From positions 859 through 64,858 of the forward strand of contig JAFSLP010000088.1 in NCBI GenBank assembly GCA_017448345.1: a stretch of 64,000 bases of DNA. Reading direction: 5' to 3'. This document shows, piece by piece, positions 43,775-52,680 of the stretch. Each line of letters opens with the position of its first letter. The first letter of the stretch is position 1. A program made the position numbers and the translations under genes. The DNA comes from Paludibacteraceae bacterium (GTDB lineage Bacteria; Bacteroidota; Bacteroidia; Bacteroidales; Paludibacteraceae). A model generated the notes under the pieces. It was not told the origin of the DNA. It searched no databases and worked only from the letters and a program-made list of their open reading frames with translations.

Positions 43775-44938
43775 TTAAATGCGGGGGAGACGGCAGAACG
43801 CCCGAACCAAATAGTAGTTGTCCTTATTGTTGTTGCCCACGTTACCACTGTTCGTGTTCAAGTCGTAAGCGTAGCTCTGACTACGCTCCGTAGAAGACCA
43901 ATAGCTGCCCGACTCATTCAAGGGAACAGCAAGACCATCTTTCGCCAACTCTTCGAGCGCGTTCTGAACAGTCTTGAAATCGTAGAACCACGCTGCATTG
44001 ACTGCGATAGCCGGTAGGTTCCAGTCGCCTGCTTCCGTACCCTCGGTGTGGTATCTGCGGCAGGTGCAAGCAGCAGGATAATAGCCAGCCTCGTATTTCT
44101 TTTCGATGGCTGCGTCCGTCTTCCAGTTCTTCTGTGCGGTCGCTAACTTGATGATAGCATCGGTGTTGGCTACGCTGTCACCATCGCCGAGGAACGACAC
44201 TTTGCCGTTGTCGCCATGTCCGAAGAGCGGATTGACTACGCCATCCGAGAGGAACGGAATAGGCAGCAGGTGGTCGTCATCGTCAAAGTAATAGTACTTA
44301 CCTTTCGCTTTGGACTCTGCTCCTCCGCAGTTCACAAACTTGTCACTCGGCATGTAGCCATAGAACGAGTCATCAATCTCTTCGCCAGCACGGTTGATAA
44401 CCGGGTTCTTGCGGTCGTCATCTTTGCCGTACTCGACAAGACCGTCCACATGTACGCCATAGCCGCCGAACGGCATACATACATCTGCACCGCTTTTGCT
44501 CAAACTGCCTTTCTCCGGATTGGAGAGCGACATGTTATGGAGAGAAATCATACCCGTCTCTCCGTTTGGAGCGATGACATAGATACCTTCCGGCGTATAG
44601 CCTTTCTGTTGCCACGCCTTGCGGTCAGAGATAAGAACGAGCACAAAGTTATGCTTACCGTTCGACATCACGAGGTCGCCGGTCTTGCCGTTGCGTCCGG
44701 TTTGGTTCTCAATCCGGAACGAACCTGCGGTTGCTTCGGTGGTGGCAGCTGCGCCGGTGATACCCGTCAGTCCGAGGATGTCACGAACTTGTGCACGTAC
44801 ATACTTTGCGAAGCATATGTTCTCATGTGCATTGGCTGCATCATTGAGAGCCATTCTGACTACGCTTTGGTTCACTTCGATGCGCTTGTCAATGCTTTGC
44901 ATGAGCGCATCAATCTTCAGTTGTTTTTCTTTTTCCAT
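43775..44938 (-). CDS. DGR target protein 2, a remote paralogue with a DUF1566/CLec-like C-terminus (387 aa)
   Basis: The C-terminal ~150 aa are homologous to target 1 (YHTEGTEAGDWNLPAI...YWSSTERSQSYAYDLNTNSGNVGNNNKDNYYLVRAFCRLPRI). The last ~50 codons are VR2. Confidence 0.8.
   Translation of the reverse strand: MEKEKQLKIDALMQSIDKRIEVNQSVVRMALNDAANAHENICFAKYVRAQVRDILGLTGITGAAATTEATAGSFRIENQTGRNGKTGDLVMSNGKHNFVLVLISDRKAWQQKGYTPEGIYVIAPNGETGMISLHNMSLSNPEKGSLSKSGADVCMPFGGYGVHVDGLVEYGKDDDRKNPVINRAGEEIDDSFYGYMPSDKFVNCGGAESKAKGKYYYFDDDDHLLPIPFLSDGVVNPLFGHGDNGKVSFLGDGDSVANTDAIIKLATAQKNWKTDAAIEKKYEAGYYPAACTCRRYHTEGTEAGDWNLPAIAVNAAWFYDFKTVQNALEELAKDGLAVPLNESGSYWSSTERSQSYAYDLNTNSGNVGNNNKDNYYLVRAFCRLPRI
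43780..43930 (-). repeat. DGR variable repeat VR2 (151 bp)
   Basis: The reverse complement is co-linear with the TR. There are 13 differences, all at TR adenines. Confidence 0.9.
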
Positions 44939-45148
44939 ACTAAATCTGATTTGATGGGGTTGATATTTATTGCTTGAATAGTTTGCATGCTGGAGTGCCG
45001 CGAATGATGCTCACTTCGCCGTTACGGTAGTGAGGGCAGCGGATGAAGATGTATTGTCTATCAGGGGTCATATACCGCTCATCTTCTTTCCACTTTTTTT
45101 AACTTGCATTCATCGCATATATGTTGTACCTTGGGAGGTAGGTTTTGT

Positions 45149-45412
45149 TTAGCCATTGTCTGCCTGTTTATCCATTTCGAGCCATTGTTTGCTAATCCAA
45201 TAGCGGGAGTAGTATGCTCCGTCAGGAGACTGCTCGGTCTTTGACTCGATGTCGATGTGGTCCCGATGCTTCATCGTGTGGATGATAGCGGAGAGTCGGG
45301 TTACTCGGAAGAGATTGAACGCTTCCATTGACGAGATGGTGTTACCCATCATAAGGTGTGTACGCACTTGGTCGTACTTGGTTGGTTTCTTTGTGCCCAT
45401 AAGACAATTCAT
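45149..45412 (-). CDS. Small helix-turn-helix DNA-binding protein (87 aa)
   Basis: The segment ...GNTISSMEAFNLFRVTRLSAIIHTMKHRDHIDI matches the T..eA...f....L.arI..L+..G..I pattern of a phage HTH family. Confidence 0.5.
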   Translation of the reverse strand: MNCLMGTKKPTKYDQVRTHLMMGNTISSMEAFNLFRVTRLSAIIHTMKHRDHIDIESKTEQSPDGAYYSRYWISKQWLEMDKQADNG

Positions 45413-45840
45413 TTTGTGAAGACTGGTGCTTCGGTGATTAAACGATAGTATGATTTTCCGTTCTCGACAAACGGCTTTGGTGAAATGTAGATGACGCAGG
45501 AGTTCTTTGCTCCTACTCGGTCAAGGATATACCTTGATGCTTCCGCATTGCGGCACCGCAGGGAGTTCCTGCCTTTGTTTGCCCATCCGACGAGCATCGT
45601 CTGTGTGAGCGGTGTATCGTCTGGGTCGTCTGCCGTGCGGATGTAACATAAATCAGGTCTCTTCTCGTCAATGGAGAATGACAAATGAGAGCCGTGCGTA
45701 ATACCTAACTCTTTACACAAGAGTTGCGAGAGCAGTATGCAGTCAAGACGCACGTTGAGCGAACGCCTTGCAGCGACACGACCTTTGGTATTGTTGGTCT
45801 TGCCTCGTCTTGTTTCGTTGCTTGCAAATGTGTAGAGCAT
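45409..45840 (-). CDS. Hypothetical protein (143 aa)
   Basis: ATGA-type overlap with the downstream gene. No motif recognised. Confidence 0.5.
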   Translation of the reverse strand: MLYTFASNETRRGKTNNTKGRVAARRSLNVRLDCILLSQLLCKELGITHGSHLSFSIDEKRPDLCYIRTADDPDDTPLTQTMLVGWANKGRNSLRCRNAEASRYILDRVGAKNSCVIYISPKPFVENGKSYYRLITEAPVFTK

Positions 45841-45842
45841 GA

Positions 45843-46397
45843 TTATTGTCTGTGTTTAGGGTGATACTCGGTACGGATTAGTCTGTCAATCTCGTCAAGA
45901 GACTTTCGTATCTCCGGCTTTGAGCGTCCTGTTATCTCTGCGATTTGTGATACATCGCATTGTTGAAGGAGTGCCAAACGGAAGATGATATAGCAGTCCG
46001 GCGATGTGTGAGAGCGGACATAGGCAAGCAGATTATCCAGTTGCCTTGCCTCTAAATCAGAAACAGCGTGCTTATCTGCCTTTTCTGCCTCGTCATCTAT
46101 CTGCCCTATGAACAGTTGCTGCTCCTCGTCGGGCGTGTCCTCATCGACGTACATCCAAAATAAGGGGTCAGGCAGAACAAATTGCATAGAGTGGTTCAAC
46201 TCGCGCAGAATGTGTCTGTGATAAGCTTCGCTCATCAGTTGCAGGAACGTGTCTGCTACTGGCAGAATTGGCCTGCGGTAATGGAAAACTGTGATGTATG
46301 CAGAATGGAGCATGTCTTTCTGCGGCATCGTCTGGAGCAGGGATTTGTAGTTGCGCTCCATCCATTGGTTAAATAGTTTTTGTTGTAGTGTTGCCAT
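45843..46397 (-). CDS. Sigma-70/ECF-like transcription factor (184 aa)
   Basis: It has a C-terminal region-4-like HTH (DVSQIAEITGRSKPEIRKSLDEIDRLI), an acidic linker and a region-2-like N-terminal half. The call is weak. Confidence 0.4.
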   Translation of the reverse strand: MATLQQKLFNQWMERNYKSLLQTMPQKDMLHSAYITVFHYRRPILPVADTFLQLMSEAYHRHILRELNHSMQFVLPDPLFWMYVDEDTPDEEQQLFIGQIDDEAEKADKHAVSDLEARQLDNLLAYVRSHTSPDCYIIFRLALLQQCDVSQIAEITGRSKPEIRKSLDEIDRLIRTEYHPKHRQ

Positions 46398-46426
46398 ACG
46401 ATAGATGTTTAGTATTGTCTCTACTA

Positions 46427-47266
46427 TTATCTGCGGCTTTCACCGAGAAGAGGGATAACATTAAACATTTTGAAGCGGTCGAACAAGCGATTGTGACCAT
46501 CCCCAAACAACTCCGCTATGTCGGATGTTTCGAGATTGGTGGTGATGTGAGTCCGCTTATATTGCTGCTCCCATATCTCGTAGCGTGCAAACAAAAACTC
46601 TTCTATGATGCGTTCTGTGTCATTGCCATAAAACTTCTGCGTCTTCAATCCGATGTCGTTCAGGCAAACATGGAACGGCTTGCCCTCAAACGCTTTGCTG
46701 TCGGCGGTGTTGAACGTAAAGAAGTCTATGTTGTTATGCTGCTTAAAGTAATTAAGCATCTGCGTCTGTGAGAATACTCTATACTCCAACGGACTATGCA
46801 AACGGCTGAGGTATAATTTCATTATATCCATCAGCAATGTCTTTCCGGTACCGACCGGACCCACAAGCATGATGTTCTTATCAAGCGAATAGTGCTCGTT
46901 CGGGAATACATCAAGTGCCAGCGGTGAGTTGTTAAAGTAGAGCATAAGGAACTTAACAACCTTACGATTGTTGTCATCAAGCACGAACTTTCTTCCGTGG
47001 TGCGAAAGAATCTCATTGGCGCAAGCGATGACAAGTTGCGAATGCGCCCTGTAGATTTCCTCGTTGGTAAAGTCCTGTGGTTCGAGACAATAGATACACG
47101 TGTTTCTGATGGCACGCATGACCATCTCTACATGCTCTCTGGTTCTGCGTTCTGCTTCTTCTTGTTTGAGGCGTGCTGCCTCATCAGAACCTGCCTGTGT
47201 AGGTACGCTGTCTTGGCTGCTCGGCAGCTGCGACTCCATTACCTGACTGATTGATTGTGTTTCCAT
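46427..47266 (-). CDS. DnaC/IstB-like AAA+ helicase loader (up to 279 aa; start uncertain)
   Basis: It has the Walker A motif LVGPVGTGKTLLMD. The annotated start overlaps the upstream gene by 83 nt. Confidence 0.6.
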   Translation of the reverse strand: METQSISQVMESQLPSSQDSVPTQAGSDEAARLKQEEAERRTREHVEMVMRAIRNTCIYCLEPQDFTNEEIYRAHSQLVIACANEILSHHGRKFVLDDNNRKVVKFLMLYFNNSPLALDVFPNEHYSLDKNIMLVGPVGTGKTLLMDIMKLYLSRLHSPLEYRVFSQTQMLNYFKQHNNIDFFTFNTADSKAFEGKPFHVCLNDIGLKTQKFYGNDTERIIEEFLFARYEIWEQQYKRTHITTNLETSDIAELFGDGHNRLFDRFKMFNVIPLLGESRR

Positions 47267-48026
47267 AACGGGGTGTTGTTAATTGTTTAACCTCTTTTCT
47301 CTCCCACGTGCGAATGGCTGCTTTCCAGTCTTTCATGTGGGTTCGTCCTACCATCCACCCGTTCGACTCGTAGTAATCTATGAAGTGTTGCGGGTCGATA
47401 TTGTTTCCTCTTTCCTCGCAATAGGCTTTGACCTGTTCAAGCGTAGGCTTGACAAATCGTCTTTCTTTGCTTGTTTCTTTAGTAGGAATATCCTTATCAT
47501 TAAATAATATAATAGGATTATTATTCTCTGTGGGTGTAGTATCTACTTTAGTAGATACGATATCTATATTATTGTGCCAACTTTGAGTGGCAGGGGTGCC
47601 AACTTTGAGTGGCAGGGTGGCGTTTTCCGTTGGCAGGTAGTCGTCTCTGTCGAAGCAATTAAAGTGGGCACCTCGTTTGTAGAGGCTCTTACCCTCCGCT
47701 TGATTATTAACATAGCGGTCAATCAAACAGGCATCACATAGTTTAAGCATTCGCTTACGGAATGACTCTCTATTACGAATGCCAAGTATAGGACATTGTT
47801 CGTTTACGAAGCCATGCTTTATTTCGATATACTCACCATCGGGCATGTGAACGTGCGGTATGCCCTTGTCATTAAACCATTGATAGACGGCATCGAATAA
47901 AGCCAAGTCCACAATATCTAACTTGCCTTGCAACCCAATATCGAAGAGTATTTTCTGACAGATTACAAAAGAGTATTTCATACTCACTCCTTTCTTTTGT
48001 GTAGGTATCGTTTTGATAAAGCGCAA
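47184..48026 (-). CDS. Replication organiser / DnaD-like initiator (up to 280 aa; probable start at the ATG at 47981)
   Basis: The C-terminal FVKPTLEQVKAYCEERGNNIDPQHFIDYYESNGWMVG...DWKAAIRTWE is typical of the conserved phage replication-protein C-terminus. Confidence 0.6.
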   Translation of the reverse strand: MRFIKTIPTQKKGVSMKYSFVICQKILFDIGLQGKLDIVDLALFDAVYQWFNDKGIPHVHMPDGEYIEIKHGFVNEQCPILGIRNRESFRKRMLKLCDACLIDRYVNNQAEGKSLYKRGAHFNCFDRDDYLPTENATLPLKVGTPATQSWHNNIDIVSTKVDTTPTENNNPIILFNDKDIPTKETSKERRFVKPTLEQVKAYCEERGNNIDPQHFIDYYESNGWMVGRTHMKDWKAAIRTWERKEVKQLTTPRYGNTINQSGNGVAAAEQPRQRTYTGRF

Positions 48027-48159
48027 CGGACTCGTCCGACATCGTATAGCCGGGCGTGGTCCGTCAGCGTTCTTTTTGGTTTTGCTTTCACCCCTGCTTC
48101 GTACTCATCGAGAATACGCAGCAGAGGTGGTAGCAGGTTTTCAGGAATGTGTCGCATGA

Positions 48160-48555
48160 CTAAAAGGGTAAGTCAGTTGATTCTTCCTGCGGCAGTCCGC
48201 CATCGAGCGGCAGCTGCGGTTCTTGCGGTGCGGCATCAGTCGGTAGAGGAGCGGCAGGAGCAGCGCTTTCACCTGCTGCGGCTTGCCCCTCTTTCTCTAC
48301 CTTCCATGCACGGACGGAGGTGTACCAGCGTCCATTGAACTCACGGCTTTCGAGGTCGAATGACACTTTCACATTGTCATCAATCGCGAAAGGATTGTTC
48401 TTGATACGGTCGGAGCCGAAGAGTTCACAATGAACTTTCTTCGGGTACTGCTCCGGAGTCTCGATAACGAATGGCTGTACGGACCACGGGTTACCGGTCT
48501 TTGACACTCCCTCTTGGAGCGGGAGGATTTGGATTACTTTACCTTGAATTTCCAT
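48160..48555 (-). CDS. DUF3127-type OB-fold protein, probable ssDNA-binding protein (131 aa)
   Basis: The N-terminus MEIQGKVIQILPLQEGVSKTGNPWSVQPFVIETPEQYPKKVHCELFG matches the DUF3127 pattern (from memory). The C-terminal tail is acidic and Pro-rich. Confidence 0.55.
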   Translation of the reverse strand: MEIQGKVIQILPLQEGVSKTGNPWSVQPFVIETPEQYPKKVHCELFGSDRIKNNPFAIDDNVKVSFDLESREFNGRWYTSVRAWKVEKEGQAAAGESAAPAAPLPTDAAPQEPQLPLDGGLPQEESTDLPF

Positions 48556-48573
48556 TTTGCAAAATGATTTTGT

Positions 48574-49008
48574 TTAGTTATTACTATACTCTTCTGCGAG
48601 TGCAGCGAAGAAATTATCTTCCGCGCTCGGCAGTTGAATACCATACTCGGTAGCGGCATCAGCCTTGACACGCTCCAAAAACTCCGACATCTGCTCTTGT
48701 GTGAGGGATGAGGTGGAGCCTGCGGCTCTTCCTCTCGGCGTATCAATCGGCAGGAACATTAGGCAGTAGATATTGTACACATCATCTTTGGTAAAGACCC
48801 GTCCGGTTGCTTCCGTCCATGCTTTAGCGATGAGGTTGAACCACACCCACATTATCTTGTTTTGCTGATTGCTTCGCGTCTCCTGCACTTTCTTCATGCT
48901 GATGGTATATTTACCATTCGCACATGTTTGAAGCCACAGAGTGACCGCATCCAAGGTAGCACGGTAGTCTAATGCACCGTGCTCCTTGGTGACGACGAGC
49001 GTCCTCAT
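48574..49008 (-). CDS. ninB: NinB/Orf-family recombination mediator (144 aa)
   Basis: TRSNQQNKIMW aligns with lambda NinB NRSLDQNRKLW, and STSSLTQEQMSEFLERV aligns with STSRMRVGEFAELLELI. Confidence 0.65.
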   Translation of the reverse strand: MRTLVVTKEHGALDYRATLDAVTLWLQTCANGKYTISMKKVQETRSNQQNKIMWVWFNLIAKAWTEATGRVFTKDDVYNIYCLMFLPIDTPRGRAAGSTSSLTQEQMSEFLERVKADAATEYGIQLPSAEDNFFAALAEEYSNN

Positions 49009-49952
49009 GACTGCGCTTTCGGTTTGGCAGGTGTGATTGTAACACGCCCGGCAGTAACGGAGTCGCTGATAAACGGCTCGTAAATCTTCGGCGACTTCTT
49101 GTAGATGTCAGACTCGGCAAACGCCTTGAAGTCAAACTTCTTTGATACAGAGTCTTTGCCGATAGTTACCTTTGCTATGCCAGTCTCTATCTTCGATAGG
49201 TTCTGACCACGCATCGTATCGGCGACGGCTTGCTGTATTTCTTTCTTGCGTTTGTCGTAGTGGTCATAGACCATCTTGATATACGACAGTAACTCATCGT
49301 TCTCGACATAAGCGTTCAGCAAATTCTCCAGTCCTTCCGGCAGTTTGTTCAGCGGATTGTCGAACGACTCTGCGCCGGAGCGATAAGCGTTCAACAATGC
49401 CTCTACATACTCATCCGGCAGACGCTCTACATCCACAATCTCGCATTTGTTATCGCGGATATGGATGGCTTTGAGTGCGCCTACTTGCGACGTGGGGTTC
49501 TGATGCTCGAACAGATAAGCGTAGATAGACAACTGCCATTGCAGATACTCGGTATGCAGGACGGATGTCGTCTTGATATCACAGAGCACGAAGTTACCCT
49601 CGGCATCGAGACACACAAGGTCGATGGACGAAGCCACGGACTCGTTGTCTGATACCAGGTACTCGGAAGCGTGGGAGATGAGCGACGCAGCGGTGAACGC
49701 ATCGAGGAAGCATTGCAGTTCGGCAATATCCTCGTTGGATAGAATACCCAAGACCCACATCTGAATGAGATTGTGGATGCGGGTACCGCGCTCGGCTGCT
49801 TTGTTCAGCACGGCTTGGCTGATACCCTTATACATATCGGGGAAGACCAGTTGCTTGATGATGGTCGTGATGCCGGAGAGTTGTTTGTCTCCCAGCGTGT
49901 AGGTGTGTTGCTCTTCATTGAAGACAACAGCGGATTGAATCAGTTCGTTCAT
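49005..49952 (-). CDS. PD-(D/E)XK (RecB/YqaJ-like) exonuclease (315 aa)
   Basis: IDLVCLD...FVLCDIKTT fits the D...(D/E)xK nuclease core. The gene sits beside the single-strand annealing protein gene. Confidence 0.6.
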   Translation of the reverse strand: MNELIQSAVVFNEEQHTYTLGDKQLSGITTIIKQLVFPDMYKGISQAVLNKAAERGTRIHNLIQMWVLGILSNEDIAELQCFLDAFTAASLISHASEYLVSDNESVASSIDLVCLDAEGNFVLCDIKTTSVLHTEYLQWQLSIYAYLFEHQNPTSQVGALKAIHIRDNKCEIVDVERLPDEYVEALLNAYRSGAESFDNPLNKLPEGLENLLNAYVENDELLSYIKMVYDHYDKRKKEIQQAVADTMRGQNLSKIETGIAKVTIGKDSVSKKFDFKAFAESDIYKKSPKIYEPFISDSVTAGRVTITPAKPKAQS

Positions 49953-50659
49953 TGCTGTGCGGGATTAGTTGGTTGCTGCGGTTGCGGTTGTGGTTTCGGA
50001 GCGGCAGGATATTTATTGCCCATTTCCATGACGGCTGCTTTGAACTGTGCATCCGCTTGCAGTTCTTTATGCGCGTTCCAGATGGAAGTTACTTCGGCGC
50101 GGTTTTTCGCAGCCTTGACCTGCTCAATAATTTTGGTCTTTGCGTCAGCTGCGGCTTGCTCCTGCTCTTTGACTACATCTTCCGGCAGGTCTTCACCGGC
50201 ATAGATGTAGAGACCGAGACCAAACATAGCGAGGTTCTTGACGAGACAACGCATGATGGTTTTGTTGATGTCGAACATCGTAGCCGCCTCGACCGTTTTT
50301 TCCTCATCGCATTTCTTGTACGAGTTGAAAACGGTGTACTTGTAAGCTTGGCGGCGCATGGCTTTGTTGGCGCCGTTCATAACCGGCAGCCACATTTCGC
50401 GGGTCTTGCCCTCAATAGTAACCGTGGTGTAGCACATGAGACCATAGTCCGGGTCTTCGATATACGGACGTTGTTGCTCGTCCTTATAAACGTTATAGTC
50501 CGCATCGGGATAAAGTTTCTGCACCTCCGCCCAAGCCCAAGGCCATGAGAGATAGGACAGTTCGGTTTGACCGTTTTTCTTTTTCTCAATGTGTTCGCTA
50601 CAATCAATAGCATTAAGCGTAGCAAAGACGCTCTTCTTTTGTTCAGTTGCCATAAGCAA
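49949..50659 (-). CDS. Single-strand annealing recombinase (Rad52/Sak/DUF1071-like, 236 aa)
   Basis: ELSYLSWPWAWAEVQKLYPDA motif. The gene context is exo-SSAP-NinB-SSB, and the C-terminal tail is Pro/Gln-rich. Confidence 0.5.
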   Translation of the reverse strand: MLMATEQKKSVFATLNAIDCSEHIEKKKNGQTELSYLSWPWAWAEVQKLYPDADYNVYKDEQQRPYIEDPDYGLMCYTTVTIEGKTREMWLPVMNGANKAMRRQAYKYTVFNSYKKCDEEKTVEAATMFDINKTIMRCLVKNLAMFGLGLYIYAGEDLPEDVVKEQEQAAADAKTKIIEQVKAAKNRAEVTSIWNAHKELQADAQFKAAVMEMGNKYPAAPKPQPQPQQPTNPAQQ

Positions 50660-50665
50660 AATGAT

Positions 50666-50938
50666 TTAGATGATTAAAGATAGATACTCAGTCTCGGAAT
50701 AGACGATGCGGCTCATGGTGTCCGCGTCTGTTTCCAAGCGGTGTGGTGTTAAATGACCATCCCGAATAAGGCGGTCGATAGTTCCTCGCCCATGACGGCG
50801 TTGCATTTCCGTGCGGGTATAGTACTCACGCACCGGAAGCCCTGCCATTTGGAGTGCCTGATGTGCTCCGAGTTGGGCAGCCTGACGCAGATTTTCACGA
50901 AATCTTTCCTCGGTCAGTTGAATTACTACTGTTTCCAT
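50666..50938 (-). CDS. Excisionase/AlpA-type helix-turn-helix protein (90 aa); first gene of a leftward early operon
   Basis: EYYTRTEMQRRHGRGTIDRLIRDGHLTPHRL resembles the HTH_17/excisionase pattern. It is divergent from the 50938-50969 promoter. Confidence 0.5.
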   Translation of the reverse strand: METVVIQLTEERFRENLRQAAQLGAHQALQMAGLPVREYYTRTEMQRRHGRGTIDRLIRDGHLTPHRLETDADTMSRIVYSETEYLSLII

Positions 50939-50969
50939 TTGGATATTTGAAAAAAAAGTTGTACCTTTG
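50938..50969 (+). promoter_or_regulatory. Plus-strand consensus promoter (TTTG-N20-TACCTTTG)
   Basis: TTTG at 50938-50941 and TACCTTTG at 50962-50969. It lies in a divergent region with the leftward early operon. Confidence 0.6.
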
Positions 50970-51039
50970 CAGCGTTTTTATAGGCGCTGCCTATATACAT
51001 ACTTTTTTGTCGGACTTTTATTGTGTGTTTTCATACGTT

Positions 51040-51519
51040 ATGAGGGGTACAAGTGATGAAATTTTAGAATGGCTGACGCATCACAGCGAGTATGCTGAAC
51101 TGATGCAGATGAGCCGTCAGCGTTTGGTGGGACTGCGCAAGCACCTTTCTTGTGGCGAGGTCAGTGAGACCCGAAAAGACGAGATACTGGAGCGATTGCA
51201 AAATCGTATGGCTGCCTTGCAATCATCACCAATCTGCCCTGTCATCAATCTGCCCCGCGCCATAAGAAAGGTGCGCAGTCAGTATGTGTTACCTGCCATC
51301 GTCCGTGACCATCACGGCAAGTTCTATAACGAGGTGACTCTGATTAAGATGGTTGAGCACGAAGAAAAAATGCGCGACCTCAACCTTGATATGGTGTGTC
51401 GCGCAATCAAACGTGGAGACCTGCCGTCAAAGGAGGTCGTGCGTGAAGTTCTCAACCGCAAGGGTTGGAATATCTTTGAGGAACGGATGGTATTACCCAG
51501 CGTGTGGGAAGTCGAATAG
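51040..51519 (+). CDS. Hypothetical regulator candidate; the only plus-strand gene in the early region (159 aa from the ATG at 51040)
   Basis: This is the first ATG after the promoter. The ORF-track start at 50854 lies upstream of the promoter and antisense to 50666-50938. Confidence 0.5.
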   Translation: MRGTSDEILEWLTHHSEYAELMQMSRQRLVGLRKHLSCGEVSETRKDEILERLQNRMAALQSSPICPVINLPRAIRKVRSQYVLPAIVRDHHGKFYNEVTLIKMVEHEEKMRDLNLDMVCRAIKRGDLPSKEVVREVLNRKGWNIFEERMVLPSVWEVE

Positions 51520-51541
51520 TGGTTCTCATATTGTCAGGTGA

Positions 51542-51727
51542 TTATATATACGGACCCTCTTCACGATGATAGAGGTAGGTTGAGTGCCGATGCAGATACT
51601 CCTTTACTTCCGGAGACTCCGCCTCGTTCTCATCAGGCACGAGATACCAGTCGATAGGATTGGTGATAGCCTTGGCTTTCTCTACCAGTTGCCGGTCGTG
51701 CTCCGACAGGTTATCCATGTTAAGCAT
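51542..51727 (-). CDS. Small hypothetical protein (61 aa)
   Basis: Acidic ORF, convergent with 51040-51519. Confidence 0.4.
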   Translation of the reverse strand: MLNMDNLSEHDRQLVEKAKAITNPIDWYLVPDENEAESPEVKEYLHRHSTYLYHREEGPYI

Positions 51728-51742
51728 AGCAATCTTCTTTCG

Positions 51743-52120
51743 TTAAGAGTCAGTCAATGTATCCATAAACGACACCTTGCGCTGCGGCTTCTGCTGTTCT
51801 ACAAGCGTGTTCGGGCGAATGTAATAGCAATGCTCATCGCTGCGCTCAAAACGCTTATGTACAGCCAAGCCTTTGGCATCGAACACTCTGCCAGTCCATC
51901 CGCAACCCGGCGCATGATACTGGCGTGCTGTTATATCAACATCTTGGTCGATGCTGATATAGTTTGCATATCCTCTCCGCGTGTAGTCCTCAACCTCGCG
52001 CTTTGCATTCGCGATACATTGCTGGTACTCTTCCTCTGTCTCACATTGGTAGTACCGTCTGTCAGTCCATCCTCCACCAAAAGAGATAGACTGCTGTGTG
52101 TAACCATAAATCTGTTTCAT
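51743..52120 (-). CDS. Hypothetical protein (125 aa)
   Basis: Clean ORF in the operon. The + strand ORF 51584-52135 is a shadow. Confidence 0.5.
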   Translation of the reverse strand: MKQIYGYTQQSISFGGGWTDRRYYQCETEEEYQQCIANAKREVEDYTRRGYANYISIDQDVDITARQYHAPGCGWTGRVFDAKGLAVHKRFERSDEHCYYIRPNTLVEQQKPQRKVSFMDTLTDS

Positions 52121-52131
52121 AGCCGTTCTGA

Positions 52132-52326
52132 TTAGAGGGTTATTACTATTTGTTTCACACCATACGAGTTGTACTTATGTGTCACATTGAAGCCTTGCTG
52201 ACGCGCCCATTCGCAGACGGAATAGTCGTACTTCTCCGGTAGCGCCCAGTCTTTCTTGACTTCGCTGATATGCGGCGCACAGATGATGATGTAACGCCCG
52301 TTGTTGCGGATGGCACTTGCCACCAT
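52132..52326 (-). CDS. Small hypothetical protein (64 aa)
   Basis: Protein-like composition. It overlaps the tail of the 52175-52672 ORF in another frame. Confidence 0.45.
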   Translation of the reverse strand: MVASAIRNNGRYIIICAPHISEVKKDWALPEKYDYSVCEWARQQGFNVTHKYNSYGVKQIVITL

Positions 52327-52672
52327 TCAAGACGGTGTATAGGTCTTGCAACTTGGACTCGACCTCTTCCATGTCGGCGATGATGTCTCGGATGTCATCC
52401 GGTGCTCCGTTCTTTCCGTGACCATCTTCACCAACCCACAGCATTGCTTCTTCGCTCGGGTCGTAGTTCATGTGCGACTCTAATACCTCGTCCTTAATCT
52501 GTTCAAGCGTATCAACTTCATATTCGAAGCATACATCCTGGTCGAAACGTGTGTCTGTATTAAAGCACACATACCAATAATCTTTCTTGCGAATAGAATC
52601 TTTCTTTCGCCGTTCAATCTTGCAGTTCCAACCGGCTCGGTCGGCAGCTGCTTCAATCTGTTTGCGGGTCAT
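52175..52672 (-). CDS. Hypothetical protein; only the first ~115 codons look genuine (ORF track: 165 aa)
   Basis: The N-terminal part is protein-like. The last ~50 codons (His/Arg/Gln-rich) overlap 52132-52326 and look out-of-frame. Confidence 0.45.
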   Translation of the reverse strand: MTRKQIEAAADRAGWNCKIERRKKDSIRKKDYWYVCFNTDTRFDQDVCFEYEVDTLEQIKDEVLESHMNYDPSEEAMLWVGEDGHGKNGAPDDIRDIIADMEEVESKLQDLYTVLNGGKCHPQQRALHHHLCAAYQRSQERLGATGEVRLFRLRMGASARLQCDT

Positions 52673-52680
52673 AACAGTAG

